Shown here one piece after another: positions 20,533 to 29,258 of a stretch of 64,000 bases of DNA. The stretch spans positions 352,001-416,000 of the forward strand of contig CAXXSR010000002.1 of assembly GCA_963662615.2 (NCBI GenBank), in the 5' to 3' direction. The DNA comes from Dehalococcoidia bacterium. Lineage in GTDB: Bacteria > Chloroflexota > Dehalococcoidia > Bin125. The notes beneath the pieces were generated by a model, which worked only from the letters and a program-made list of their open reading frames with translations, was not told the origin of the DNA and made no database searches. The position numbers were made by a program, and so were the translations under genes. Numbering within the stretch: position 1 is the first letter of the stretch; every line of letters starts with the position of its first letter.

Positions 20533-21609
20533 TCAGGGCCGTTCTCCTTCGATCTGGACTTCCGGCTCCCCCGCGTGGGGCCGAATCTCGCCAATGACCG
20601 ACCCTTCAGGCAACAGCCCGAGCGTGGCGTCCACGTCGGCGGCCGCGACCACCACGATCAGCCCGACGCCCATGTTGAAAACGTGAAACATCTCCTCTTC
20701 GCCAATCTCGCCGCGACGCTGGATCAGTGCGAAGATCGGCGGCTCCCGCCAGCTCCCCCGTCGCACCAGCGCCGCGACGCCCGGCGGGAGCACCCGCGCC
20801 AGGTTGCCGGGGATGCCGCCGCCGGTGATATGCGCGATCCCCTTGCACAGCGGCAGCGCCCGCTCCAGCTGCGGCCAGTAGGCGCGATGGGGCCGTAGCA
20901 GCGCCGCGCCCAGCGGCTCCCCCAAGACGGGCTCGTCCGCGAGGAGCCACGTAACCGCCCCCGGCTGCGCGTCCTCGTGGAGGCCGAAGACCGACCGCGC
21001 CAGCGAGTAGCCGTTGGTGTGGAGGCCGTTGCTCGGCAGCGCCACCAGGGCGTCGCCCGGCGCGATCGCCGCGCCGTCGATCTGGCGCCCTTTCGTCACC
21101 ACCCCTACGACGGTGCCGGCGAGGTCGAAGTCGCCGGGCCGGTAGAGGCCGGCCATGTCAGCGGTCTCGCCGCCCAGCAGCGCCACGTCCGCCTGGCGGC
21201 AGGCGCGGGCGACACCGCGCACGATCGCCACCTTCTGATCGTCGCTGAGCTCGTTGTTCGCCAGGTAGTCGAGAAAGAAGAGCGGCCGCGCGCCGGCGGT
21301 GAGCACGTCATTGATGCAGTGATTGACCAGGTCCTCGCCCACGGTGTCGTAGCGACCGAGCATGCGCGCGATCAGCACTTTCGTGCCAACACCGTCGGTG
21401 GAGGCGACGAGCACCGGGTCGGGGCAGGCGCTCAGATCGAAGAGGCCGCTGAACGGGCCAACGGCGCTGAGCACCTCGGGGCGTGTCGCCTCAGCCGCCA
21501 GCGCCTGGAGGCGGGGGATTACACGCTCGTTCGCGTCGAGGTCGACGCCGGCGGCGGCATAGCGAGGGGCGGGCGGCGGCGTGGCCGGGCTGCGGGCGTC
21601 AGCGGCCAC
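20533..21609 (-). CDS. purM: Phosphoribosylformylglycinamidine cyclo-ligase (AIR synthetase)
   Basis: YAAAGVD, STDGVGTK, PLFFLDY, GGETA, SNGLHTNGYSL, HITGGG, FNMGVG; GAGGAG RBS before GTG 21609, overlapping the purF stop. Confidence 0.97.
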   Translation of the reverse strand: MAADARSPATPPPAPRYAAAGVDLDANERVIPRLQALAAEATRPEVLSAVGPFSGLFDLSACPDPVLVASTDGVGTKVLIARMLGRYDTVGEDLVNHCINDVLTAGARPLFFLDYLANNELSDDQKVAIVRGVARACRQADVALLGGETADMAGLYRPGDFDLAGTVVGVVTKGRQIDGAAIAPGDALVALPSNGLHTNGYSLARSVFGLHEDAQPGAVTWLLADEPVLGEPLGAALLRPHRAYWPQLERALPLCKGIAHITGGGIPGNLARVLPPGVAALVRRGSWREPPIFALIQRRGEIGEEEMFHVFNMGVGLIVVVAAADVDATLGLLPEGSVIGEIRPHAGEPEVQIEGERP

Positions 21610-23083
21610 GCAACTCCTCGTCCGCGTCCGGTGCGCTGTAGACAGAGGCGTTGGCAACCAAGTGCGGGGAGTCGCCGTCGATCGCTTCTTCGTCGCCCTC
21701 GAGCGCCAGCTTGTCCATGTCCAGCTGCACGGGCACCGGATAGTCGCCCGTGAAGCAAGCGAGGCAGTGTCGGTCCTCTCCCAGGCCGATCGACTCGATC
21801 AGCCCAGCGACGCTGAGGTAGCGGAGGCTGTCGGCGCCAATGTGCTCGCCTACCGCCTCGACGCTGCGGCCGGAGGCAATGAGTTCACCGCGCGTGGCCA
21901 TATCCACGCCGAAGAAGCAGGCGTGGCGGATGGGCGGCGCGCAGATCCGCATGTGCACCTCAGTGGCGCCGGCGGAACGGAGGATCTGGATGATGCGGGG
22001 CGTGGTGGTGCCGCGCACAATGGAATCGTCCACCACCACCAAGCGCTTTCCCGCAATGACCTCTGAGAGCGGGTTGAACTTGAGGCTGACGCCCAGTTCG
22101 CGCAGACGCTGGTCGGGCTGAATGAAGGTGCGGCCCACGTAGCGGTTCTTGATCAGCCCCTCGGCGTAGGGAATCCCAGCGGCACCGGCGTAGCCCACGG
22201 CGGCGGCGGTGGCCGAGTCCGGCACGCCGATCACGAGATCAGCGTCGGCGGGGGCCTCGGCGGCCAGTTGAGCGCCCATCGCCAGGCGGCTGGAGTAGAC
22301 GAGCTTGCCGTCCAGCTTTGAGTCCGGGCGGGCGAAGTAGATATGCTCGAAGACGCATCCGGCGCGGTCCGGCGCCACCGCGACCTGCTCCGACCTCACC
22401 CCGTTCGCGTCGATGGTGACCAATTCGCCCGGCTGCACGGACCGCGCGAAGCGCGCGCCGATGTGGTCGAGGGCGCACGTCTCCGACGCCACCACGTAGC
22501 CCCCATCCAGCGCGCCCAGACACAAAGGGCGAACGCCCAACGGGTCGCGGGCCGCCATCAGACTGGTGGGAGTCAGCACCACCAACGAATAGGCGCCCTG
22601 GAACACGGTCATGACCTTGGCGAACCGCTCGGCCCAGGAGCCGTCGACGCTGAGCAGGTACTCGCCGATGATCTCGGAATCCGTGGAGGTCTTGAAGCGG
22701 TGGCCCCGGCGCTCCATGTCCTCCCGGACCTGCGCCGCGTTGACGACGTTGCCGTTGTGCCCCAGCGCCAGCTTGCCTTCCGGGCCTTGCAAGAGCAGGG
22801 GTTGGGCGTTTTCGATGCGGCTGGAGCCGGTGGTGGAATAGCGCGTGTGGCCAATGGCCGCCGTGCCCTGGAGGGGCGCCAGGGTGTCCTCGTCGAACAC
22901 CTGCGAGACGAGCCCCATGCCCGTCCACAGCCGCAGCCGGCTGCCGTCGCTGGTGCAGATGCCGGCGCTCTCCTGGCCGCGGTGCTGGAGCGCGTAGAGG
23001 CCGTAAAAGGTTAAACGTGCTACGTCGAGATCGGGGGCGTAGATACCGAAGATACCGCAGGCTTCCCGCAGCTGATCGCCCAC
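21599..23083 (-). CDS. purF: Amidophosphoribosyltransferase
   Basis: Propeptide then CGIFG, LQHRGQESAG, GHTRYST, HNGN, CVFEHIYFARPDS, VVDDSIVRGTT; GGGAGG RBS before GTG 23083. Confidence 0.98.
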   Translation of the reverse strand: MGDQLREACGIFGIYAPDLDVARLTFYGLYALQHRGQESAGICTSDGSRLRLWTGMGLVSQVFDEDTLAPLQGTAAIGHTRYSTTGSSRIENAQPLLLQGPEGKLALGHNGNVVNAAQVREDMERRGHRFKTSTDSEIIGEYLLSVDGSWAERFAKVMTVFQGAYSLVVLTPTSLMAARDPLGVRPLCLGALDGGYVVASETCALDHIGARFARSVQPGELVTIDANGVRSEQVAVAPDRAGCVFEHIYFARPDSKLDGKLVYSSRLAMGAQLAAEAPADADLVIGVPDSATAAAVGYAGAAGIPYAEGLIKNRYVGRTFIQPDQRLRELGVSLKFNPLSEVIAGKRLVVVDDSIVRGTTTPRIIQILRSAGATEVHMRICAPPIRHACFFGVDMATRGELIASGRSVEAVGEHIGADSLRYLSVAGLIESIGLGEDRHCLACFTGDYPVPVQLDMDKLALEGDEEAIDGDSPHLVANASVYSAPDADEELRGR

Positions 23084-23177
23084 GGTTGCCTCCCGCACTG
23101 CCGGCGTCGCCGTTGGCACGCCGGACTCCCGGGCCGCATTCGCGGCGAGTGTAGCACGCCCCATATTGAGCCGATAG

Positions 23178-23303
23178 GCGGCGCCCGCGACGCCAGGGAA
23201 GGTGGCGATAGAGCCGACGACGCAGCCGTACCGGATGCGCGAGTTCGAGTTGCAGGACCCCAACGGCTACCGGGTCGTCGTCGCCACCGAGGCCGGATCC
23301 TAG
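23178..23303 (+). pseudogene. C-terminal relic of a VOC/glyoxalase-bleomycin-resistance protein
   Basis: ...VAIEPTTQPYRMREFELQDPNGYRVVVATEAGS* matches the P-x-x-QP(Y/W)G-x-REF-x-x-x-DP-x-G terminal motif; in-frame TAG at 23175-23177 leaves no N-terminal half. Confidence 0.6.
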
Positions 23304-23358
23304 AGGCGCCACCTGACGTCGCGGTGGAAGAGCGCGCTTCCAATCGGGAGCGTCCGCG

Positions 23359-24069
23359 TTACCAAATCGGGCCGCGCAACGGCGCGCCGGACAGGGCGGT
23401 GAACGCCTCCGCGACTTCCATCACCGCGTCTAGGCCCTCCTCTTCGCGGTTGCGGGCGACTGCATAGCCGCCCACGCGGATTCGCTTGCCGCTCTTTTTC
23501 ACCAAGACCAGATCCCACTGCGCGATCTCGTGGGCGGGCTCGTCGCCGTCCGGGTGGAGCCGGGCGCGACCAACCTCCTCCACCAGGAATTCGCGGATCT
23601 TCCAGAACGGCACCATCTCCGTGGTGCCGACTCCCAGCCCCAGGAACCGCTGTTTGACGGAGACGTTGCGCCCGGCCTTATCCGCTACCACGGCCGCCCC
23701 CACGGCCGCATAGACCAGCGTCATCCCAGACAGCGGCAAGACGACCACCGCGATCAGCAGAATGAGCGGCAGCAGCCAGAACGGCAGCGAGTCCGTCCAC
23801 AGAATCAGGGCGGCCAGCAGCAGCGACGTCAGCGCGATGCCGATGATCGGCAGCACGAAGGTGGATCGGGGCGGGCGCACCTCGATCCGCTCCGGCGTAA
23901 TGGCGACCACGCGCCGGTGCAGCAGCAGCTGGCGGCGCGCCAGCGGATCACGGTCCTCCAGCGGCTCGCCGTCGCCACGTTCGACCGCGCGCTCGGCCTC
24001 GCCGGCGCCGACCGGCGCTTCCTGTCCCGCCTCCGTGCGGTCAACGGCCCGATTAGACTGCGCAGCCAT
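23359..24069 (-). CDS. Hypothetical membrane protein (2 TM plus soluble C-terminal domain)
   Basis: Two hydrophobic helices; TATACT -10 box shortly upstream of ATG 24069. Confidence 0.7.
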   Translation of the reverse strand: MAAQSNRAVDRTEAGQEAPVGAGEAERAVERGDGEPLEDRDPLARRQLLLHRRVVAITPERIEVRPPRSTFVLPIIGIALTSLLLAALILWTDSLPFWLLPLILLIAVVVLPLSGMTLVYAAVGAAVVADKAGRNVSVKQRFLGLGVGTTEMVPFWKIREFLVEEVGRARLHPDGDEPAHEIAQWDLVLVKKSGKRIRVGGYAVARNREEEGLDAVMEVAEAFTALSGAPLRGPIW

Positions 24070-24131
24070 GGCGAGATTGAGTATATCGACGTGGTGGCCT
24101 GAGACGGTCAGCGTGGCGGTTCGTTGTCGCA

Positions 24132-24398
24132 GTGGACGTTCGATCGGACGCCTCGTATCCTCCCGTGGTGGATCGCACACGGCTCACCGGCGCGCTGCTG
24201 ATGGCCCTCATGGTCATGCAGGCACTGCTGTTCCTCGCGGGGGCGCTGCGTCGCAGCTACGCGGCACTGGCGCTGCCCGTGGGGGTCATTGTGGCGGTCA
24301 CGTCCGTGCTCGGCTTCTGGGTGGGCTGGACCCTCCTCTCCATGGAAGACGATCTCACCGGCCTGGAGTTCGAGGCCGAACCCCTGGACCAGGAGTAG
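24132..24398 (+). CDS. Small 2-TM membrane protein
   Basis: Two hydrophobic helices and acidic tail; true start may be near 24167. Confidence 0.65.
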   Translation: MDVRSDASYPPVVDRTRLTGALLMALMVMQALLFLAGALRRSYAALALPVGVIVAVTSVLGFWVGWTLLSMEDDLTGLEFEAEPLDQE

Positions 24399-24918
24399 GG
24401 CCTTCCTGAGACGGCACCGGTCCCTGGCTGAGCCACTCAGGTCCGGCGAGGCGGCGCAGGCCGCCCGTGTCAACCTTGGCTAGCGCCGCCCGCACGGTTT
24501 CACGCCCGCCCGGCAGCACACGCTCTCCGTCCAGGTCCGCCAGCGGCTGCAAGACGAAGGCGCGCTCGCGCAGGCGCGGGTGGGGGATCGTCAGCTGCTC
24601 GCTCTCCAGGCGCAGGGCGTCGTAGAGGAGGATGTCAAGGTCAAGGGGGCGCGGGCCCCAGCGCGGTCCCGGCCGCCGCCCCAGGTCGCGCTCAACCCGC
24701 TTGAGCTTCTCCAAAAGGTCGATGGGAGCGAGCGCCGTCTCACCGCGCAGGACAGCGTTCAGGAAGGGCGGCTGGTCGGTCACGCCCACGGGGTCCGATT
24801 CGTACAGCGGCGAGACGGCGAGCACGTGCAACTCCGGCGCCAGCAGCGCGACGCCGCGCCGCAGGCTCGCGCGCCGGTCGCCCATGTTGGAGCCCAGTGC
24901 GATCACCGCTTCCGCCAT
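24355..24918 (-). CDS. folK: 2-amino-4-hydroxy-6-hydroxymethyldihydropteridine diphosphokinase
   Basis: IALGSNMG, QPPFLNAV, WGPRPLDLDIL, IPHPRLRERAFVLQPL. Confidence 0.97.
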   Translation of the reverse strand: MAEAVIALGSNMGDRRASLRRGVALLAPELHVLAVSPLYESDPVGVTDQPPFLNAVLRGETALAPIDLLEKLKRVERDLGRRPGPRWGPRPLDLDILLYDALRLESEQLTIPHPRLRERAFVLQPLADLDGERVLPGGRETVRAALAKVDTGGLRRLAGPEWLSQGPVPSQEGPTPGPGVRPRTPGR

Positions 24919-24970
24919 TGGTCCCACCTAGCACCGACTCCGGCGCGCCTGCAATTTCACGGGCGCGGCC

Positions 24971-25858
24971 CTACGACGTCGCGCCGTCTGGGGCCCCCGG
25001 CGCCCCCTCCTCAGCCCGCGGCCAGCCGCGCACGACAGCATCGGTCATGCGGGCGACCCGCACCATGGCGCGCACGTCGTGGACGCGAACGATGTCGGCC
25101 CCATTGGCGATGGACAGCGCCACCGTCGCGGCGGTTCCCTCCAGCCTCTCGTGGACCGGCAGGTCGAGCACATGGCCAATCGCGCTCTTCCGGGAGGTGC
25201 CGATCAGGATCGGGCGGCCCAGGCTGCGCAGCTCCCCCAGGCGGCGCAACATCTCCAGATTCTGCTCCGGCCGCCAGCCGAAGCCGAAGCCGGGATCAAC
25301 GAGCAGGCGTTCGCGGGGGATGCCCGCGGCCTCGGCCGTGGCCATCGCTGCCAGCAAGCCGTCACGGATGTCGCCCACGACGTCGAGGTACGGCCGGTTG
25401 CGCTGGTTGTGCATGGCCACGACGACCGCGCCCGCCTCCGCGACGGCGCGGACGATCTCCGCATCGGCACGGAGGCCGTTGACGTCATTGACGATCGTGG
25501 CGCCCGCCTCCAGAGCGGCGCGCGCTACGACCCCTTTCGTGGTGTCCACGCTGAGCGGCACCGCCCGCTGCCGCTGCAGTTTCGTCGCCAGGCGTTCGAT
25601 CACGGGCACCACGCGCGCCAGCTCCACCTCCGCGAGCACGGGCTTGAAGCCGGGCCGGGTCGATTCGGCGCCCACGTCCAGGATGTCGGCGCCCTCCTCG
25701 ACCATCTGGAGGCCGCGTTGCACGGCGGCCTCAACATCGTCGCCCAGGCCGTCAGCGGCGAAGGAGTCCGGGGTGCAGTTGATGATCCCCATCACGAACG
25801 TTCGCGTCCCCCAAGCGAAGAGGCGACCGGCGACGGAGAGGGGGGCGCGCGCATCCAT
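24971..25858 (-). CDS. folP: Dihydropteroate synthase
   Basis: MGIINCTPDSF, DVGAESTRPG, DPGFGFG, GTSRKS, IVRVHDV. Confidence 0.97.
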   Translation of the reverse strand: MDARAPLSVAGRLFAWGTRTFVMGIINCTPDSFAADGLGDDVEAAVQRGLQMVEEGADILDVGAESTRPGFKPVLAEVELARVVPVIERLATKLQRQRAVPLSVDTTKGVVARAALEAGATIVNDVNGLRADAEIVRAVAEAGAVVVAMHNQRNRPYLDVVGDIRDGLLAAMATAEAAGIPRERLLVDPGFGFGWRPEQNLEMLRRLGELRSLGRPILIGTSRKSAIGHVLDLPVHERLEGTAATVALSIANGADIVRVHDVRAMVRVARMTDAVVRGWPRAEEGAPGAPDGATS

Positions 25859-25877
25859 AACGAACCTGACGGCTTCG

Positions 25878-26465
25878 TCAGTCGACGAGGGGAACCTCCT
25901 CGACGGTAGGGCGAAGCCGAACGCGACCGCTGCCCGGCGGCTCGGGACCCGGGCGCAGGTCGATCTCGGTGGGCTTGACGGCGCCGTCGATGCCGGTGCT
26001 CTCGATGCGCCAGGCGCGGACCGGCGGTGGTTCCTCCGCAAGAGAGACCAGCACCCAGTACGGCCACGGGTCTGAGCCCAAGAGCCGGGCGGCGATCCCC
26101 AGATCGGTTGGCGATGGCCGGGCTTCCGTCATGGTGTGCGAGTGGTAGATCACCAGCATGTCCCCGCCCTCGCCTTCAATGGCGCGGTACAGATGGATGA
26201 GTTCATGTCCGGGGATGGAGAAGCGGTAGCGACTCGTCTCACCGGTAACGGGTTCACTGTCGCGACCGCGGAACCGGATATCCATCTCCCCGCCCCGGGA
26301 CAGCAAAGCGTCCACAGTCCGATAGACGTTTGACGCCCGATAGAGCTTGAGGGAACCGTCCGGAAAGCGGCCAATCAGGCCGCAACATTCGCTGGGATTG
26401 TCCTCCCGAGCGTGTTTGATCATCTCGTCGATGAACGACTGCGGCAGCGTCAGCGCCTCGTCCAT
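25878..26465 (-). CDS. JAB/JAMM (Mov34/MPN) metallopeptidase, Mec-like
   Basis: P.ECCG...YHSHT....RPS.TD JAMM motif; close to cysO/cysM. Confidence 0.9.
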   Translation of the reverse strand: MDEALTLPQSFIDEMIKHAREDNPSECCGLIGRFPDGSLKLYRASNVYRTVDALLSRGGEMDIRFRGRDSEPVTGETSRYRFSIPGHELIHLYRAIEGEGGDMLVIYHSHTMTEARPSPTDLGIAARLLGSDPWPYWVLVSLAEEPPPVRAWRIESTGIDGAVKPTEIDLRPGPEPPGSGRVRLRPTVEEVPLVD

Positions 26466-26567
26466 CCGATCGCCCCTGACCCTCTCCCCATGCGGCGCGG
26501 CGATCAGGGACCGCGCCCGCCCAACCGAGGGGCAGGGTATCGCACGCCACTGGGGAGCGTCCGCCGC

Positions 26568-26960
26568 TTACTCGTCCTCCGGCGGCGGGCGCCATTCGCG
26601 GATGGGCCCATCGTCGTGGCAGGACGAGGGGTTGCGCTGCATCTCCAGCAAGGACCGGCTCAGCGGCGGCATGAGGAGGTGATCGAGCCAGTGGTCGCGC
26701 TCATCCTCCGCGACGAGCTGCACGAGATCGTCGAAGCGCAGGTGGATGACGCGATCGTCTTCCACGAGGCCGAAGTCCAGAATGGGACGGCCGGGCCGTA
26801 GCAGCCGGCCCACGGTATCGCTGCGCAGGATCTTGGCGCCGGGCGCTTGCAGATAGCGGTGCAGCACGGCGGCTCGGAAGTGCAGCGGCAAAGCGCCGGC
26901 TTGACCGGCCCGCAAGGCGCCTTCCAGCGATCGACGAAAGACCGGATCGCTTCTCTGCAC
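26568..26960 (-). CDS. Hypothetical protein
   Basis: 130-aa ORF with GGAG RBS, co-oriented between the rhodanese and the JAMM peptidase. Confidence 0.7.
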   Translation of the reverse strand: MQRSDPVFRRSLEGALRAGQAGALPLHFRAAVLHRYLQAPGAKILRSDTVGRLLRPGRPILDFGLVEDDRVIHLRFDDLVQLVAEDERDHWLDHLLMPPLSRSLLEMQRNPSSCHDDGPIREWRPPPEDE

Positions 26961-27000
26961 GCGCTCCTTGGGGCGCTCCGCGCCGCTCTTGCCCTGCCGC

Positions 27001-27849
27001 CTACGTGGCCGATGGGTTCTCGATCGGCGTCCCCGCCATCCTGCCCCACTCAGTCCAGGAGCCGTCGTAGTTGCGGACGTCCTGGTAGCCGAGGAGATGC
27101 TTGAGCGCGAGTCAGCTGTGCGAGGAGCGCTCGCCGATTCGGCAATACGCGATGATCGGTTTCGAGCCGTCTATGCCCCTGCCGCCATAGACTGCCCGCA
27201 GCTCATCAGCGCTCTTGAAGGTGCCATCTTCCGCAACCGCCTGGACCCAGGGAATGTTGTCGGCGCCGGGAATATGCCCCTTGCGCTGCGCCGTCTCCGC
27301 CAGGCCTGGTGGCGCCATGATCACGCCGTTGTATTCGTCGGGCGAGCGGACGTCGACCAGCGGGTTGCCGCTGTTGACGTGGCTGAGCACGTCCGGCGCC
27401 AGGGCGCGGATCGACTCGTCCCGCGCACCAACGGTGATGTTGCCGGCAGCGGAGCTGGAGGCATCGGTGGTGGTGGGGCGGCCCTCATCCAGCCACTTCT
27501 TGCGGCCCCCGTTCATCAGCTTGGTGTTCGTGACGCCGTACATCTCCAGCATCCAGAGGGCGTAGGCCGCAAACCAGTTGTTGTTGTCCCCGTAGAGGAT
27601 GATCGTGCTGTCCGCTTTCGCGCCGGCGCCGCGAAGGAGCCTCTGGACTGTCGCGCTGTCGGCCACGTCACGGCGGATCTGGTCCTGGAGCTGCGACGTC
27701 CAGTTCCAGGCCACGGCGCCGGGCGGGTGCCCCTCGTCGTAGACGCTGGTATCCACGTCCACTTCAATCAGCCGGACTTTGGGGTCGTCCAGGTGGTCGG
27801 CGACCCAGTCTGTGCTCACGAGGATGTCGGCGTTCGCGTATTCCGCCAT
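27001..27849 (-). pseudogene. Tandem-domain thiosulfate sulfurtransferase (CysA/SseA-like) interrupted by an in-frame TGA
   Basis: LVSTDWV, YGDNNNWFAA, DVRSPDEY, GHIPGA, active site YCRIGERSSH; TGA at 27112-27114, then the same frame continues [23 protein letters not shown]...* to TAG at 27001. Confidence 0.85.
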
Positions 27850-27998
27850 TTCCCGTCTCCCCTATCCGTCAATCCGATGTGGTCTGGCTCGCGGCTCCGC
27901 AGCAGTGGGCGCATAGGATAAGCAAGGGGTCTAACGATCGCAAGCGCGCGGCGAAGGCGAAGGCGCCGGGGTGAGAGGCGCGGTGTCCCCCGGCCTCG

Positions 27999-28973
27999 CT
28001 ACCACCAGAGCTGCCCTTCGATCTCCTCGTCCCCCTCAATGTCCTCATAGTCACGTCCCCACAGGCCGGTGGAGACGTACTTCCAGCCGCCGTCGGCCAA
28101 GAGGACGACGACGTCGCCACTGTCGATGCGCTCGGCCACGCGCTGGGCAGTGCGCAACGCCGCGCCGGCCGAGATGCCCGCGAAGACACCCTCTTGCTCC
28201 AGCAGCCGCTTGGTGAGAGCAAACGACGTGCGGCTGTCAACGACGATGCGCGCGTCCAGCACCGATTCATCCAGCACGGGCGGCACGTAGCCCTCTTCCA
28301 GGCTGCGCAGCCCCTGCACGAGATCGCCAGGGTGCGGCGTGGCGGCCACGATCTTCACGTCCGCTTTGGCGCCCTTGTGCGTTTTGGCACCCTTGAAAAA
28401 GTGGCCCACGCCGGTCAAGGTGCCGCCCGTCCCCAGCCCGGCCACAAAGTGCGTGACATCAGGACAGTCGCGCAGGATCTCCGGGCCGGTGGTAGCGAAA
28501 TGGGCGGCGGGGTTGTGGGGATTTTCGTACTGCATGGGCATGAACAGGGACGGCTCTTCCCGTTGCAGCTCTTTCGCCATCTTGACGGAGCCGTTGGTCC
28601 CCAACTCGCCGGGCGAGAGGATCACCTCCGCGCCGTAGAACTGGAGGAGCGACCGACGCTCCACGCTGACACTCTCCGGCAGCACGCACCTGAGGGGATG
28701 GCCGTAGAGTCGCGCCACCATCCCCAGCGCGATGCCGGTGTTGCCGCTGGTGGGCTCCAGGATGGTTTGCCCCGGCTTCAGCGACCCGTCGGCGCGGGCC
28801 GCGTCGATCATCGCGCGGGCGATGCGATCCTTGACCGAGCCGGTGGGGTTCTGGCCTTCCAGCTTCGCCCAGATGCGCACGGACTCCTTCGGCGACGAAT
28901 GCCGCAAGAGCAGCAACGGCGTATTGCCGATCAGGTCAAGGACGGATTCGTAGCGCGTCGCAGGTGGCGCCAC
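27999..28973 (-). CDS. cysM: CysO-dependent cysteine synthase (CysM-type)
   Basis: KLEGQNPTGSVKDR, EPTSGNTG, GLGTGGT, DGGWKY.S, C-terminal ...EGQLWW typical of sulfur-carrier-dependent CysM. Confidence 0.88.
   Translation of the reverse strand: MAPPATRYESVLDLIGNTPLLLLRHSSPKESVRIWAKLEGQNPTGSVKDRIARAMIDAARADGSLKPGQTILEPTSGNTGIALGMVARLYGHPLRCVLPESVSVERRSLLQFYGAEVILSPGELGTNGSVKMAKELQREEPSLFMPMQYENPHNPAAHFATTGPEILRDCPDVTHFVAGLGTGGTLTGVGHFFKGAKTHKGAKADVKIVAATPHPGDLVQGLRSLEEGYVPPVLDESVLDARIVVDSRTSFALTKRLLEQEGVFAGISAGAALRTAQRVAERIDSGDVVVLLADGGWKYVSTGLWGRDYEDIEGDEEIEGQLWW
28359..28394. repeat. Imperfect in-frame 18-bp tandem duplication in cysM (KGAKTH/KGAKAD)
   Basis: Minus strand AAGGGTGCCAAAACGCAC AAGGGCGCCAAAGCGGAC. 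Confidence 0.7.
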
Positions 28974-28981
28974 TACGACGG

Positions 28982-29254
28982 TCAGCCTCCCGCCAGCGCG
29001 GGCAGGATGGACACGACGTCCCCGTCCCGCAGAGGGGTGTCGATCTGCCCGAGGAAGCGGATGTCCTCATCGTTGAGGAAGATGTTGACGAAGCGTCGCA
29101 GCGCGCCGTCCTCCATGATCTGATCGCGGAAGCCAGGGAAGTCGGTGTCGATGTTCCCCAGCAGGATGGCGACGGTGTCGCCTTCGTAGAGCAGAATCTT
29201 CTGGCCCTCCGTGTACTTTTGCAGGATCGAGGGAACGCGTACTTCTACGGACAT
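28982..29254 (-). CDS. Ubiquitin-like sulfur carrier protein (CysO/MoaD/ThiS family)
   Basis: MSVEVRVPSIL...FVNIFLNDEDIRF...GDVVSILPALAGG with a free C-terminal GG. Confidence 0.93.
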   Translation of the reverse strand: MSVEVRVPSILQKYTEGQKILLYEGDTVAILLGNIDTDFPGFRDQIMEDGALRRFVNIFLNDEDIRFLGQIDTPLRDGDVVSILPALAGG

Positions 29255-29258
29255 GCTC

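Noticed and set aside
27112-27114. Selenocysteine or global TGA recoding
   Set aside because: The position corresponds to Trp, the catalytic Cys is intact, and TGA is a normal stop for many genes in the window.
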